Shown: positions 1 to 11,017 of the stretch, piece after piece | Layout: each line of letters begins with the position of its first letter | How positions within the stretch are numbered: position 1 is the stretch's first letter | IMG/VR virus record: IMGVR_UViG_3300030329_004422 | DNA: 64,000 bases | Reading direction: 5' to 3' (one strand) | DNA from: an uncultured virus (IMG/VR IMGVR_UViG_3300030329_004422) | Lineage: Duplodnaviria > Heunggongvirae > Uroviricota > Caudoviricetes | Translations under genes and position numbers: made by a program | The notes under the pieces: generated by a model | The model's input: only the letters and a program-made list of their open reading frames with translations | Told to the model about the DNA's origin: nothing | Databases searched by the model: none

Positions 1-3000
1 TTGATGTTTTATCTGATTTAAGAGTCACGATAGATCGTCAACCTCGCGCTCATGCTCGATTTATGGGAGTGAAGCCAACTTTAGACGATGCCGATGTCGA
101 TGCTCCCGTTACCGTTCGTCTTGTTTCTGAGAATGAAGATCCAGACGTCAGGCAAGCACGGCGCTTTGGTGTTCCACTTGGGTATTTTGAGTACGATCAG
201 AGAACAGGCCGTTCGATTATCAACCTGTTTAGAAATGGTGACGTAGATACCTTGTGGCACGAAAACGGTCACTTTATGGCTACGTTGATGGGCACTGAAT
301 GGTCGCAACGATTGGTTCAGTTTTTTGATCACACCACTGGCCCGAATGGTGTTCGTGTTCTTTCTGATCTTGGTCATGAACAGTTTGCAGATGCTTGGAA
401 ATACTACAGGCGAATAAAGGATGCGCCAAACGGTGTAGTCCGTCGTTTGTTCGATGAGTTGTGGATTAACCTACACAACTTTTATTCACGGATTCGTCGT
501 AAGCCTGGGTTGTTGCCGAAGGATGTTCGTAAGTATTGGGACGTAGAGTTTGGAACGCTGCCCAATGACGCTCGTCTGGCAAACGCATTGTCGGCCAAGG
601 TGCTCAGAAAACGACCCTACACGATTGTGGTTGATGGTACTACTCGGGAACTGGTTCGTAATGCCAAGCCTGCTCGTCGTTCCCGTGAGATGGTTGCAAA
701 AGAACCATCGATGAATCCAGAAGTCTTACATCAGTACTTTGGCGATAAGCTTCAGACAACCGTTGAGACATTTGCCGATCCAGCATCACCGCAACCAAAG
801 CGTATTCCTACTCGCCAATATGCAGACAAGACCGATGACGCCTTGGAGTTTGTCCGTAAAGCTGTTGCTTACATCAAAACTGAGCAGTTTCGAAAAGATA
901 TGGGAGGTGTAAAAACCACCACAATCGGAACCGGTAGATACATTGTTCCGGTCTACAGACAAAAAATCATTTTGGAAACAGTGAAGCAACGCATGATTGG
1001 TGCTGTTGGAACGCTCGTAGACAATCTTGAGAAGCGTGTCTTCCAAAGAGAGTTTAATCGAACCGCAGAGGGCTATACGGCGATTACTGATCGTCAAAGA
1101 CTGCCTGATTATGTAACCACTGACGACATTCGTGCATTTGGCGAACGGATGCGTTTGCGTCATGCTGGCCCTGATCGCTTGGTTGCGGAAAAAATACCAA
1201 CGACTGAGTTTTTTGCTTTGACTGATGATGAGCAGGCTGGTCTTCGGACGCTGATTCAAGAGATATCAAAAGAGCCTGCATCAGACATTCTACCAATCAG
1301 CTTGCTGGACCCAAGTGCGAATCTGCGTATTTTAGCGCTTGATGAGTACAACTCGATTTTGGCTATTATGGCTGACATCGAGGCGGGGCCGCTAAACCGC
1401 ATCACGCGAAACAAAACACACCCTGGTCTTCTGGCTAACTTTTCAAGTTACCTTGCAAAAAGAACAGTATCAAAGCGTCTTGCACCAAAGGTAAAACAGC
1501 TAGCAGATTGGCTCATCAAAGATAAGCCTGTAATAAATAAACAGGTTGCCAACGCTGATTTCGTTGAAATTTTTGAACAGTACTATCGACGACTTGCGAA
1601 AGCATCTGAACAAGTACTGAAAGATTTGGATAGTGCTAGGAAAGGCGACCACTTTGTTGATTTCTTCAAGAATCAGGTTCGTATGCTTACGCCTGTGGTT
1701 CCGCTTGCGTCTGTTCGAAAGCTGTATGACATTGTCGATACGATCGATGGGCTCAAGGGCCGTATGGATGATGACGCTCGCGCTGCGATGCGTAAGGCCA
1801 CCATCACAGGCAAAGACTTTCCAGAAGGGTTTGATCCAATCACTATGGAAGGTGGCGCAGTAACTCTTGATTTCATTTTTAATGCGATCAATGATATCCA
1901 AGATCTGCTGGATGGTCCGTATGGAATGACTCGTCTTGAGCGACAATCCGTAACGACGATACGATCTCTTTCTGGTGTGCAAAATTTAAGCGACAAGCAA
2001 CGCATTGTGTTAGCCGACGCAATATCTATTTTACACATTGGTTTATTAGAAAAGCAGCAATATGTAAACGACACTGGTCTGCAAGTTTTCAAGCTTGCCC
2101 TTGGGCTTGATGGTCAAATCGAAAACATTGGACTAACAAGCCGACAAATACAGGAAGCCTATAAAGCGTACTATACGGGAGATCTTCTAAAGCTATACGA
2201 AATAGGAGTACTTAAAAGACTGATTCCTATGGAAATGGATGCCGCCAAAACTCTATTTGGCAAAAATGCAACATCGCAGGACATCGACAACATTTCGCTA
2301 CTGACAAACGTTCTTGTGTACGGCAAGATGGCGGATATTCGGTACGGCTTCGCAAAAGAATTGGCTGAAGCCGGGTATGATACGAGCAGACGAAATTTGG
2401 TGCAAAAAGTAGACTTAAATGAGGCACCACGAATTGACAGATTGAAATATATCGATCGAGTCGCCTACTACATTGATGCTGAGTTGAAGTGGCAAGAAGC
2501 ACAGATTTTTTTAAAAAATGCTAACGAGTTAGAACTTTCTGCAAAACCAGGAAAAGAATTGTATGGGGTCTTAGAGGAACCTAATTCAGAGCATCCTGAC
2601 ACAAAAGTTATCAGCAACTTTGATAAAGCTGCAAAAGGTGAAGCTTCTCGAATTATTGATCAAATGGGCCTTCGTAGGCAAATGGGTGTATTTAAGCCGC
2701 TTCGATTGGGCGACGAAACCTTTTTGCTTCCAGAGGGAGCGGTTCAGGGACTACAGGAAGCGTTCAATGCTATTTATGAAAAGCCGGTATTTTTCAAGCG
2801 TAACTTTGGTAAGGGATCTGTTGAATATGTGTTGGCGGGTGATCATACTCCAGCACAAATAAAAATCTTTAGGGATGCTATAGATTTTGCCGTTCGAATG
2901 TGGGAGTTGAACCCACTGCAGCCGAGAGTTTTTTATAGTGCTTTACTTATTGGGACAGCACCTATTCCAATGTTTCCATATTTTATGGGTGTATTTTTTG

Positions 3001-4778
3001 GTACTTCAAGTCAAGTGCATGTTGGTCAAGGCGGGAGGGCTGCAATAGCAGATGGTGCTCAATTTTTACCAACCACTGCTCAAATAGCTGTATCTAAAGT
3101 TGCCGATGTGGAGGTTGATTTTATCGCTGGTGTAATGGCTCGAACGTTTGGAAATGGACACCATAAGCCAATTACAAAGCCATTGGTGTTGCCAGATGGT
3201 CGGGTATACACCGCAGATTTTGTTACAAATGGAATTGATCGATTTGGTTTGAAGCAGGCGTTTGTTGATGTCATTAAAAACAGAAACGTACATGACAAAG
3301 TTTTAGAGCAGTTTGGGCAACAAAACCCGTGGATTGGTGGCGCTACTGTTGGCGGTACGATTGGTGCTCTTTTGGGTGGTCCCGCTGGAGTGGTGGGTGG
3401 TGCTGCTACAGGAATGACGCTTGGCAAGATACTGGAGCGTGGTGGTCCGCTTTCAAAAATGCAGCGTGGTTTTGCTGAAGTTGCGACCGCCATCGATACC
3501 TACTTTAGACTCAGGGTTCTCGTAAGAGAATTGAAGGAAGGGTCTACACTCGCTGATGCTGCGGTTAGGGTTCGAGATATTGTTTTAGACTATTCGAACC
3601 TCACTGATGCTGAAAAACAATACGTCAAAACGGCGCTCGCTTTTTGGACTTACTTTAAACAGGCCGGAAAGTTGTTCTGGCAAGCAGCAATTGAAAATCC
3701 CGATCGCATTCTCACTCAGATGAAGCTTGCGCGTTCGACTCAGTTAGCGGCCACCAAAGATGAAGAAGGGAAGTTTCAAGATCCAGAATTAGTGCTTCGC
3801 CCTTATGATCACACACGAAACTTTTTACCGTTTCAACTGTATGGTCATGCTGTACGAACACCGATGACCATCGTTGGCGATATGATCGGTCTGCACGTTG
3901 ATGTTGTCAACTCGCTTGGGATCGCAGTTGGTGAGCAGGAAACAGCGGAAGCAAGGCGTCGTTTTCTTTCAAGAGCAAACCCGTTTCTTGGTGCGGCCCT
4001 GAACACGTTTACAGGCACCAATGTAGCTATCGGAATACCTCTCAGTCGTGCTACAAATCAAGTGCCATCGTTTTTGGTTCAGTTTGATTACGATATCTTT
4101 GGTGGTACTCTTGGTGATAAATTGGGTATTGAACCGATACCATATGGTGAGATTCCAAAAACATACGATCAAAAGACTGGTAGGAAGTACAACCTAAATA
4201 ACATTGAGGTTCCCGGTCGCGGTATATTCATTGCGACCAAGCCGCTGCCTGCTGAACTTCTACTCAACTTTGTTCAATATCCCTTTACTGGTCGAATGCT
4301 GGACAACATAATTGCGATTGACCGATCGAATGCGGGCCTTGTTGAGTCGATGGTGGTCGCAGCCGACATGTACTACCAAGCAGACAAAGAGCGCCCATTA
4401 TTGGCGCGTGTTCCTGGTTTGGTGGAAATGGGCCTCGTCAAAGCGAAGCGCGAAGACTTCCGAATCATCAACGGTAAGCGTGTACCGGTTGAGCGCCCTA
4501 CTGATACCGGTGACGAATCTGTGGCTCCTGGTGTCAGGGGCTTCCTTGACACGACAACAGGCAGAAGGTCTGTTCGAGAGCAGTACGACTTTGTTGGCAC
4601 AGATGGTTTGAAGTATAGACTTGGATATAGAGATTTTTATCCATTAGAGCTTGGAAAATTTCTTGGATTCTCGTATGTTCATGTTCAAGATGGCACACGA
4701 ACAGTGAATCGAAAATTAAAACAGCATGAAAAAGAACTTAAAGAAAAGACACCTGATCCATCCAGAGTAAAAGAATAA
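1..4778 (+). CDS. Large internal virion/ejection-type protein, 5'-truncated; HExxH motif near the N-terminus
   Basis: Frame is open upstream of ATG 63 to the window edge; >1570 aa; TLWHENGH motif; Gly-rich hydrophobic segment; sits upstream of tail genes. Confidence 0.6.
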   Translation, partial: DVLSDLRVTIDRQPRAHARFMGVKPTLDDADVDAPVTVRLVSENEDPDVRQARRFGVPLGYFEYDQRTGRSIINLFRNGDVDTLWHENGHFMATLMGTEWSQRLVQFFDHTTGPNGVRVLSDLGHEQFADAWKYYRRIKDAPNGVVRRLFDELWINLHNFYSRIRRKPGLLPKDVRKYWDVEFGTLPNDARLANALSAKVLRKRPYTIVVDGTTRELVRNAKPARRSREMVAKEPSMNPEVLHQYFGDKLQTTVETFADPASPQPKRIPTRQYADKTDDALEFVRKAVAYIKTEQFRKDMGGVKTTTIGTGRYIVPVYRQKIILETVKQRMIGAVGTLVDNLEKRVFQREFNRTAEGYTAITDRQRLPDYVTTDDIRAFGERMRLRHAGPDRLVAEKIPTTEFFALTDDEQAGLRTLIQEISKEPASDILPISLLDPSANLRILALDEYNSILAIMADIEAGPLNRITRNKTHPGLLANFSSYLAKRTVSKRLAPKVKQLADWLIKDKPVINKQVANADFVEIFEQYYRRLAKASEQVLKDLDSARKGDHFVDFFKNQVRMLTPVVPLASVRKLYDIVDTIDGLKGRMDDDARAAMRKATITGKDFPEGFDPITMEGGAVTLDFIFNAINDIQDLLDGPYGMTRLERQSVTTIRSLSGVQNLSDKQRIVLADAISILHIGLLEKQQYVNDTGLQVFKLALGLDGQIENIGLTSRQIQEAYKAYYTGDLLKLYEIGVLKRLIPMEMDAAKTLFGKNATSQDIDNISLLTNVLVYGKMADIRYGFAKELAEAGYDTSRRNLVQKVDLNEAPRIDRLKYIDRVAYYIDAELKWQEAQIFLKNANELELSAKPGKELYGVLEEPNSEHPDTKVISNFDKAAKGEASRIIDQMGLRRQMGVFKPLRLGDETFLLPEGAVQGLQEAFNAIYEKPVFFKRNFGKGSVEYVLAGDHTPAQIKIFRDAIDFAVRMWELNPLQPRVFYSALLIGTAPIPMFPYFMGVFFGTSSQVHVGQGGRAAIADGAQFLPTTAQIAVSKVADVEVDFIAGVMARTFGNGHHKPITKPLVLPDGRVYTADFVTNGIDRFGLKQAFVDVIKNRNVHDKVLEQFGQQNPWIGGATVGGTIGALLGGPAGVVGGAATGMTLGKILERGGPLSKMQRGFAEVATAIDTYFRLRVLVRELKEGSTLADAAVRVRDIVLDYSNLTDAEKQYVKTALAFWTYFKQAGKLFWQAAIENPDRILTQMKLARSTQLAATKDEEGKFQDPELVLRPYDHTRNFLPFQLYGHAVRTPMTIVGDMIGLHVDVVNSLGIAVGEQETAEARRRFLSRANPFLGAALNTFTGTNVAIGIPLSRATNQVPSFLVQFDYDIFGGTLGDKLGIEPIPYGEIPKTYDQKTGRKYNLNNIEVPGRGIFIATKPLPAELLLNFVQYPFTGRMLDNIIAIDRSNAGLVESMVVAADMYYQADKERPLLARVPGLVEMGLVKAKREDFRIINGKRVPVERPTDTGDESVAPGVRGFLDTTTGRRSVREQYDFVGTDGLKYRLGYRDFYPLELGKFLGFSYVHVQDGTRTVNRKLKQHEKELKEKTPDPSRVKE

Positions 4779-4862
4779 TAGTTTGTGCGTACTACTAAAA
4801 TACCTTTGTATCGTGTTATTATTTGAATCGAATCCCCTACCCCTTCCCCAATGGAGTAAATA

Positions 4863-5489
4863 ATGTCTAGAATCCCTGAACTTTCCGCAGGCCGAGCGCT
4901 TGAACACGGTATTGCAATGATGGTCGATCATGGCCGTGGCGCTGGTGCAAAAATGTATGTCGGTGGGCAAGCCAACGCGATTTCAGCGCAGGTTGCCCTT
5001 GATGGATCAACGTACACTTGCACCACTCAAACCGCAATTAGTTCTTACACGATTCCGGCCAACACACTGGTTGCAGGGTCTACCATTCGGGTTCGCGCTG
5101 TAGGTCGAGTTTCATCTGTAGACAGTACACCTTCACTTCAAGCTTTTGTAAGCTTGGGCGCAAGTACTACAAATGCAGACGCAAACAACCAGCTTTTGAC
5201 TACAAACGATGCGACTGTGGCTGCTGCTGACTTTTTTGTCATTGACGGGGCAATTCAGATCAGAACCATTGGAACAGCAGCAACTGGCTATGCAATGTGG
5301 ACGTACTCTCAACCAAGTGATCAGGCAGTAAAGTCTGCAATCGCCACAGCGTTGAATGATGGTACAGCAGCGGTTGATACAACTGCTGATCTAGTTTTGT
5401 CAATTGACGTTGAGTGGAGCGCCGATCACAACGACAATGATGTTGAGTTGGAAATGTTCATCGTAGACATCGTCAACCCATCTACTTGA
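4863..5489 (+). CDS. Putative virion structural protein
   Basis: GGAG RBS; Ala/Thr/Ser/Val-rich beta-type composition; structural gene context. Confidence 0.55.
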   Translation: MSRIPELSAGRALEHGIAMMVDHGRGAGAKMYVGGQANAISAQVALDGSTYTCTTQTAISSYTIPANTLVAGSTIRVRAVGRVSSVDSTPSLQAFVSLGASTTNADANNQLLTTNDATVAAADFFVIDGAIQIRTIGTAATGYAMWTYSQPSDQAVKSAIATALNDGTAAVDTTADLVLSIDVEWSADHNDNDVELEMFIVDIVNPST

Positions 5490-5518
5490 TCTCAAATATC
5501 TACTCGTAGGAGGCCCAC

Positions 5519-5944
5519 ATGAGAGGGTTTATCTGTAATGACAATGCTACGACCGAGATCACAACATCGTATGGCAATGGCGTTCTTCTCCATGAAGACG
5601 CCAGCGTCGATGCGCGTTCTCGGGCAATGCCTCAATCATGTTGGCTCTCCCACGTAGATATTCAACTGACTGACGCAAACAGTGCAGCAACTGTGTCTGC
5701 ATTTTTGACGTGGGACAGCGGGCGGGACCATCCGATGAGTGGAGAGGCCGCTGGCTATACGCTTCAGGCGGGGTCTACTTCAAACTTGAAGCATGTAACA
5801 ATTGCTCTCGATATGGATGCCACGGCTCCAACATCACAAACAACAGCAGGCAAGTGCTACCTTTGGGTAAAAGTCGATGACTCCACTGGGAATCCTCAAG
5901 TAGCCTCTGCTCGGCTTCACTGGGCCGATAACCGTAGTCGATAG
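5519..5944 (+). CDS. Putative virion structural protein
   Basis: AGGAGG RBS; context. Confidence 0.5.
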   Translation: MRGFICNDNATTEITTSYGNGVLLHEDASVDARSRAMPQSCWLSHVDIQLTDANSAATVSAFLTWDSGRDHPMSGEAAGYTLQAGSTSNLKHVTIALDMDATAPTSQTTAGKCYLWVKVDDSTGNPQVASARLHWADNRSR

Positions 5945-5953
5945 GAGACAGCC

Positions 5954-8857
5954 GTGGGCTTCAATAACAACTTCAATAGTATGGGTGGAGCCACGGTTCT
6001 TACCGACCTTGAGGTCGATGGGACTACGCTTGTTGTCGATGAAACCAACAACCGGGTTGGGATTGGTGATGGCGCCCCAGGGACGACCCTGCAAGTCAAG
6101 GGAACGGCCCCGTATGTAACGATTCAAAACTCAACCTCTGAGAATACTGCTGGTGGTTGCGAATCGAAACTGATCTTTGAAGATCACGGCAACAATGCTC
6201 TAGGCCAAATTGAAGTAAGTCACGTTGGATCTTCGGATGATGAAAAGGGTCAGTTGATCCTCTCAACAAATAACGATTCGGGGTTGCAGGCGGCAATTAC
6301 GATTGACGAAGCCCAAAAGGTAACGGCTGCTGGCGATGTTCAAGTTACCGGTGACATCATTCTTGACGATGGTGGATCACTCAAAGAGGCCGGTGGGACT
6401 GCCGCGATTACTTTTGATGGTTCTGGCCACGTTACAAAGATTGGTCAAGACTCTCCAGGTTCAGGTCAGTTTTTGAAATGGGATGGCTCTAAGGCTGTTT
6501 GGGACGCTGTCGCTACTGGATCAAGTGCTGCAGATGACATCAGTACAGGTGATGCCGCAGTTAATATCGCAACCACTGCGGGCAACATCACTCTTGACGC
6601 TCAAGAGAGCGATGCCAGCATTATTTTCAAAGGCACTGACGATAGTAGCGATATCACAGCCTTGACGCTTTCTATGGCTGATGCTGGGGCGGCATCATTC
6701 AATGCAGCAGTCACAGTCGGTACAGACCTTACAGTTACTGGCGGTGACATTGTTTTTGGCGCTACAAACTCGACTGTTACGGTAACTTCGACTGCTCATG
6801 ATGCGGCAGGAGCCACACTTAACATTTCGGGCGGTGCCCCAACAGCGGGCACAAGCAACAACCAGGCCGGTGGTTCAGTGACCATTTCAGGTGGCCAGGG
6901 CAAGGGTTCTGGTGCCGGTGGTGACATTGTCTTTAAGACTGCGAACGCTGGCGGCTCTGGTAGTAGCCTCAACGCACTTGCGACGGCTTTGACCATTAGT
7001 GATGACAAGTCGGCTACTTTTGAAGATAACGTTACCGTAAAAGGTGACATTATCATTGATGACGGTGGATCACTCAAAGAGGCGGGCGGAACCGCAGCAT
7101 TGACTTACAATGGGTCGGCTGAGATTACCACCTTGAAGGTCGCTGCAGATTCAGTAGCTGTAGCCAGCGACCACGTGATGTTTTTTGATGGTGGAGCAAC
7201 AGGAACACCAAAAGCCGAGTCTATTGCAGACCTTGTAACCGCGTTTGCGGGAACGGCGTCGTCTACAGGTCTTTCCGCCTCATCTGGTGTTTTAAGTGTT
7301 AGCGACTTGCACCCAGTTGGTGTCGATGGGTCAGCAAACCAGATTTTAACTGATGATGGTGATGGGACAGTTACCTCAGAGTCTAAGCTTACCTTTGACG
7401 GTACAACGCTTTTGGTTGACTCAGACGTTACGGCGACAGCGAGCCACACAACTGTTGGCGCACATATCGACTACGATGCAACAGGCATCATTGCTTCGGG
7501 TCAAACTGGTAATAATGTTGGCCTCGACTTGGACATCAACTCCAATAGCCCAACGATGGTTGGTACAGTCAACAACACTGGTTTGGACATCGATCTTACT
7601 GGTGGAACATCTGGTACTCAAACCAACATTGGTATCGATGTAAATGTAACGGGTGCCGACACCAACTATGCTGCGGTTCTAAATGGCGGGAACGTTGGTG
7701 TTGGGACGAGCACTCCTGGTAACTTGCTTCACATGGCTGGAGCAGATGCGTATCTTTTGCTCCAAAACACAACTGCCGAAAATGGTGACGGTGAGGCTGA
7801 GACTCGTATTCTTTTTGGTGATCACAGTGGTACAGCATTGGCCCAAGTTGAAGGTAGCCACAGTGGTTCATCTGATGACACCAAGGGTAAGTTTGTAGTC
7901 TCTACTCACAACGGTAGTTCACTAACAACAGCATTAAGCATCGATGATACTCAAAAAGCGGTTTTTGCTGGTGATGTCGAGTTTGGTGGAGACACGCATA
8001 CGTTCGCTTCAGCTAACTCTGAAGACCCCCTGATCATCATTAAGAACACCACGAATGATGCCAATGGATCACGTCTTCGGTTTGTAAAGGACAAGGGTGC
8101 TGCGGGTGCAGATAACGATGTAGCCGGGGCAATTGAGTTTTACGCTGACGATGACAATCAAGACAACATTCTGTTTGGTAAGATTGAGGGTATTGTTGCA
8201 GACGCTTCCAATGGTGCAGAGGGTGGTCGAGTCACAATCAGTGTTGCGTCTAACGATGGTGAGATCCAGCCTGGACTGGTGGTTGAAGACGGTAGCGGCG
8301 AAGACGAAGTAAACGTCATTATCGGTAATGTCAGCACATCAAAGACAAGCGTTTCGGGTGCTCTTGGTGTTCGAGATTCAGCACCAAAAGTTTCTTTGAA
8401 TGTTGTACATGACTACAATACAGCCACATTCGAGAACCAGTTGGCTGATGGCGAAGGTGGTGGTCGTGTTCTTCGTTACAGCCCTGGGGCCGATGACACC
8501 CTGACTGTTGGCCAGCTTTACTTCTTGCATACTGACGGGACGTGGGATCAAACAGACGCTGACGCTGTTGCTACTGGCGCTTCTCAGATGCTTGGTATTG
8601 GTCTTGGAAACGCAAGAACCGCAGGCTGCTTGATGGAGGGCTTTATTCGCATCCCATCGACCGAGATTCTAAATGTTCCCGGCTCTGGTGCTGTGGATGG
8701 TCTTCCTGTTTATGTCAGCACGACAGCCGGACACTTCGATTTTACGGCACCTTCCGGTGCGGGCGACTTTGTGCGTATTGTGGGTCACGCGATTGATGAC
8801 GACGGTGGCGATGTACTTATCTACTTCAACCCATCGAACAACTGGGTCGAATTGTAA
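5954..8857 (+). CDS. Tail fibre/spike-like protein with internal duplications
   Basis: 967 aa, G/T/S/D/A-rich; RVGIG..P and NVGVG..P fibre motifs; DGGSLKEAGGTAA occurs twice. Confidence 0.8.
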   Translation: MGFNNNFNSMGGATVLTDLEVDGTTLVVDETNNRVGIGDGAPGTTLQVKGTAPYVTIQNSTSENTAGGCESKLIFEDHGNNALGQIEVSHVGSSDDEKGQLILSTNNDSGLQAAITIDEAQKVTAAGDVQVTGDIILDDGGSLKEAGGTAAITFDGSGHVTKIGQDSPGSGQFLKWDGSKAVWDAVATGSSAADDISTGDAAVNIATTAGNITLDAQESDASIIFKGTDDSSDITALTLSMADAGAASFNAAVTVGTDLTVTGGDIVFGATNSTVTVTSTAHDAAGATLNISGGAPTAGTSNNQAGGSVTISGGQGKGSGAGGDIVFKTANAGGSGSSLNALATALTISDDKSATFEDNVTVKGDIIIDDGGSLKEAGGTAALTYNGSAEITTLKVAADSVAVASDHVMFFDGGATGTPKAESIADLVTAFAGTASSTGLSASSGVLSVSDLHPVGVDGSANQILTDDGDGTVTSESKLTFDGTTLLVDSDVTATASHTTVGAHIDYDATGIIASGQTGNNVGLDLDINSNSPTMVGTVNNTGLDIDLTGGTSGTQTNIGIDVNVTGADTNYAAVLNGGNVGVGTSTPGNLLHMAGADAYLLLQNTTAENGDGEAETRILFGDHSGTALAQVEGSHSGSSDDTKGKFVVSTHNGSSLTTALSIDDTQKAVFAGDVEFGGDTHTFASANSEDPLIIIKNTTNDANGSRLRFVKDKGAAGADNDVAGAIEFYADDDNQDNILFGKIEGIVADASNGAEGGRVTISVASNDGEIQPGLVVEDGSGEDEVNVIIGNVSTSKTSVSGALGVRDSAPKVSLNVVHDYNTATFENQLADGEGGGRVLRYSPGADDTLTVGQLYFLHTDGTWDQTDADAVATGASQMLGIGLGNARTAGCLMEGFIRIPSTEILNVPGSGAVDGLPVYVSTTAGHFDFTAPSGAGDFVRIVGHAIDDDGGDVLIYFNPSNNWVEL

Positions 8858-10011
8858 TGGCTGATTACGTCAAAGTTAGAGGTGTTGCTTCGGCAGACAT
8901 CGTTAAGATTGACGGTGTGGCAGTTGCAGATGTTGTGAAGGTTGATGCCGTAACTAAGCCTGCTTCTGGTGCATCGACTTGGGTCATAGCTGCAGCAGGC
9001 GGCCACTGTATGCACGCATCAAACTCGGATCGGACCTCTTGGACATCTTACGACAACACCGCAGCTAGCAGCACACCACAAAGATATGACTGCGGATTTG
9101 GAAAAGACAACAGCGGCAACGGCATTTACATGTTTACAAGTGCGGGCTCTGCAAGAGAGATACAAATCTCTGGAACCGATGTCACCACAGTTGCTGATTG
9201 GACCGACGTAAACCTCACCAATGACTCGCTCTGGTGCATTATGTGGGGAGCGCGATCAGATGGCACTGCAGCAGGAACCTGGATGGCTGTTGGTGAACAG
9301 GACAACGAGCAAATTTATCGAAGCACAGACGGTGGAAGCAACTGGAGCGCCATCGACCTCTCTGGCTTGAGTGGTCATGGTGGTGGTAGCAGTAACGATA
9401 TCAAAGGTATTGCGAGCGATGGTTCTGGAAATTGGATGTTTGGTCAAGGAAATCGCATCTACTACAGCACTGATGATGGCGCCTCGTTTGCTGTTTCAAC
9501 ACCCTTTTCTTCTGATGTACCAGTAACCATGCAGGGGATCACATATACAAACTCTACATGGGTAATTGCATACAGCAGAAGCAGTGCCGTCAAGTTTAGG
9601 ACTTGTGCTGCTTCAGATATCACAGATTGGAGTGGTGAATTTGATCACGGCGATATTAGTGGTGGTTCTGCAATGGCAAACCCCGGCTCACAAGAACAGC
9701 GGGTCGTTATGGCTTCAGCAAGTGGTCGCGTAGCCGCTATCTCAGAGGCTGATGATCTTGTGACATACTTTGACGTTAATGGCAAAACAATCAGCAATTC
9801 GGGGCAAGCCAGCTTATCCATGAGTGGCGATACTTGTTTTGATGTAGCTACGGATGGAAGCACCTGGCTTATGTCTTGCAAAGACGGTGATGTTTGGGAG
9901 TCTACAGACAACGCTGAAAGCTGGACAAGAATTGTGAATGGGTTCACGCAAGCAGGCGGCAGCGCGAATCACCTAAATGCAGTAACATGTGACGTAGTGC
10001 TTCCACTTTAA
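8857..10011 (+). CDS. Asp-box (BNR) beta-propeller protein, probable receptor-binding tip
   Basis: STDGGSNW, STDDGASF and STDNAESW Asp-boxes; TAATG coupling to the fibre gene. Confidence 0.7.
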   Translation: MADYVKVRGVASADIVKIDGVAVADVVKVDAVTKPASGASTWVIAAAGGHCMHASNSDRTSWTSYDNTAASSTPQRYDCGFGKDNSGNGIYMFTSAGSAREIQISGTDVTTVADWTDVNLTNDSLWCIMWGARSDGTAAGTWMAVGEQDNEQIYRSTDGGSNWSAIDLSGLSGHGGGSSNDIKGIASDGSGNWMFGQGNRIYYSTDDGASFAVSTPFSSDVPVTMQGITYTNSTWVIAYSRSSAVKFRTCAASDITDWSGEFDHGDISGGSAMANPGSQEQRVVMASASGRVAAISEADDLVTYFDVNGKTISNSGQASLSMSGDTCFDVATDGSTWLMSCKDGDVWESTDNAESWTRIVNGFTQAGGSANHLNAVTCDVVLPL

Positions 10012-10020
10012 GGAGAAATC

Positions 10021-10230
10021 ATGGAAACTTTGAAAACTAAACTCTCATCACGTAAGTTTTGGGCCGCATTTCTTGGGGCTCTGTTGCCTCCAGTTTTGGC
10101 ATTCTTGGGTGAAGACATTGCACTTGGCGAAGCGCTCAAGCTTTCCGCTGGGATCTGCGTTTCTTATATTCTCGGCCAGGGCTATGTAGACGCAGCCGAA
10201 AAGAAAGCTGTGGCTGCAACCGGCGATTGA
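10021..10230 (+). CDS. Holin-like small membrane protein
   Basis: KLSSRKFW N-terminus followed by two hydrophobic helices. Confidence 0.6.
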   Translation: METLKTKLSSRKFWAAFLGALLPPVLAFLGEDIALGEALKLSAGICVSYILGQGYVDAAEKKAVAATGD

Positions 10231-10243
10231 GATAAGCAATTAA

Positions 10244-10618
10244 ATGGCGTTAAGTAGTACCAAATTTGACCGTGCTGTATCCTACAAGGTACTGCACGAT
10301 GCAAATATGACCAATGCAGCACAGAAGAATGTCACGGACGGCCCTGGCAAGCTTCACTCTGTAAAGATTGCCAACAGCAACAATGCTGCAGTCTACGTCA
10401 AACTGTTCAATGCCTACGGTGCATCGGTAGGTAGCACTCCACCTGACTGGGTGTTTTCTTGTCCGGCCTCGGAAACGTATACTTATGAGATTCCTGGTGG
10501 CGTTTCGTATGATGCACTGACGGTCTGTGCTACTGAAAACGGAAACCCAAATGACAACACTACACCAAGCGTTTCAGTAAATGAAAAGATTGCTGTTACT
10601 ATTGTGACGAGTGTTTAA
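10244..10618 (+). CDS. Small structural beta protein (paralogue family, copy 1)
   Basis: Visible similarity to 10619, 42056 and 42440 ORFs. Confidence 0.55.
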   Translation: MALSSTKFDRAVSYKVLHDANMTNAAQKNVTDGPGKLHSVKIANSNNAAVYVKLFNAYGASVGSTPPDWVFSCPASETYTYEIPGGVSYDALTVCATENGNPNDNTTPSVSVNEKIAVTIVTSV

Positions 10619-11008
10619 ATGGCAATACAAACATCAAACCTAACTGATCTTGCAAGCAAGCTTATAGTTGATATCGATGCGGATACCTCTGAAGCTGAAA
10701 ATGTAACTGGCGCGACAACCGGAAAGGCGTACATTGTTGAAATCGACGCCACTGCAGGACTACCGACTACAGGTGAACCTGCTTGCTACGTGAAGATAGC
10801 AAACGCACAGAGCATTACCGGTGGTGGTGGTAGTTCTACTGTTCCAACAATTACGTTTTATGCGCCAATTGGTGTTGTAACTACATATGTAATAAGTAAT
10901 GGCTGGGAGTTTGATGATGGTCTTTCTTTTTGGTGTGTTACCACTGCGGCATTATCAGGTGACGACAGTCCAACCGCAGACATTAAAGTAAGTATTGTTT
11001 CTTCATAG
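10619..11008 (+). CDS. Small structural beta protein (paralogue family, copy 2)
   Basis: Same pattern (YVKI core, GWEFDDGLSFWCVTT, C-terminal strand). Confidence 0.55.
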   Translation: MAIQTSNLTDLASKLIVDIDADTSEAENVTGATTGKAYIVEIDATAGLPTTGEPACYVKIANAQSITGGGGSSTVPTITFYAPIGVVTTYVISNGWEFDDGLSFWCVTTAALSGDDSPTADIKVSIVSS

Positions 11009-11017
11009 GAGTAAAAA

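Noticed and set aside
5954..10011. Diversity-generating retroelement acting on the fibre
   Set aside because: No reverse transcriptase and no adenine-specific TR/VR pair seen
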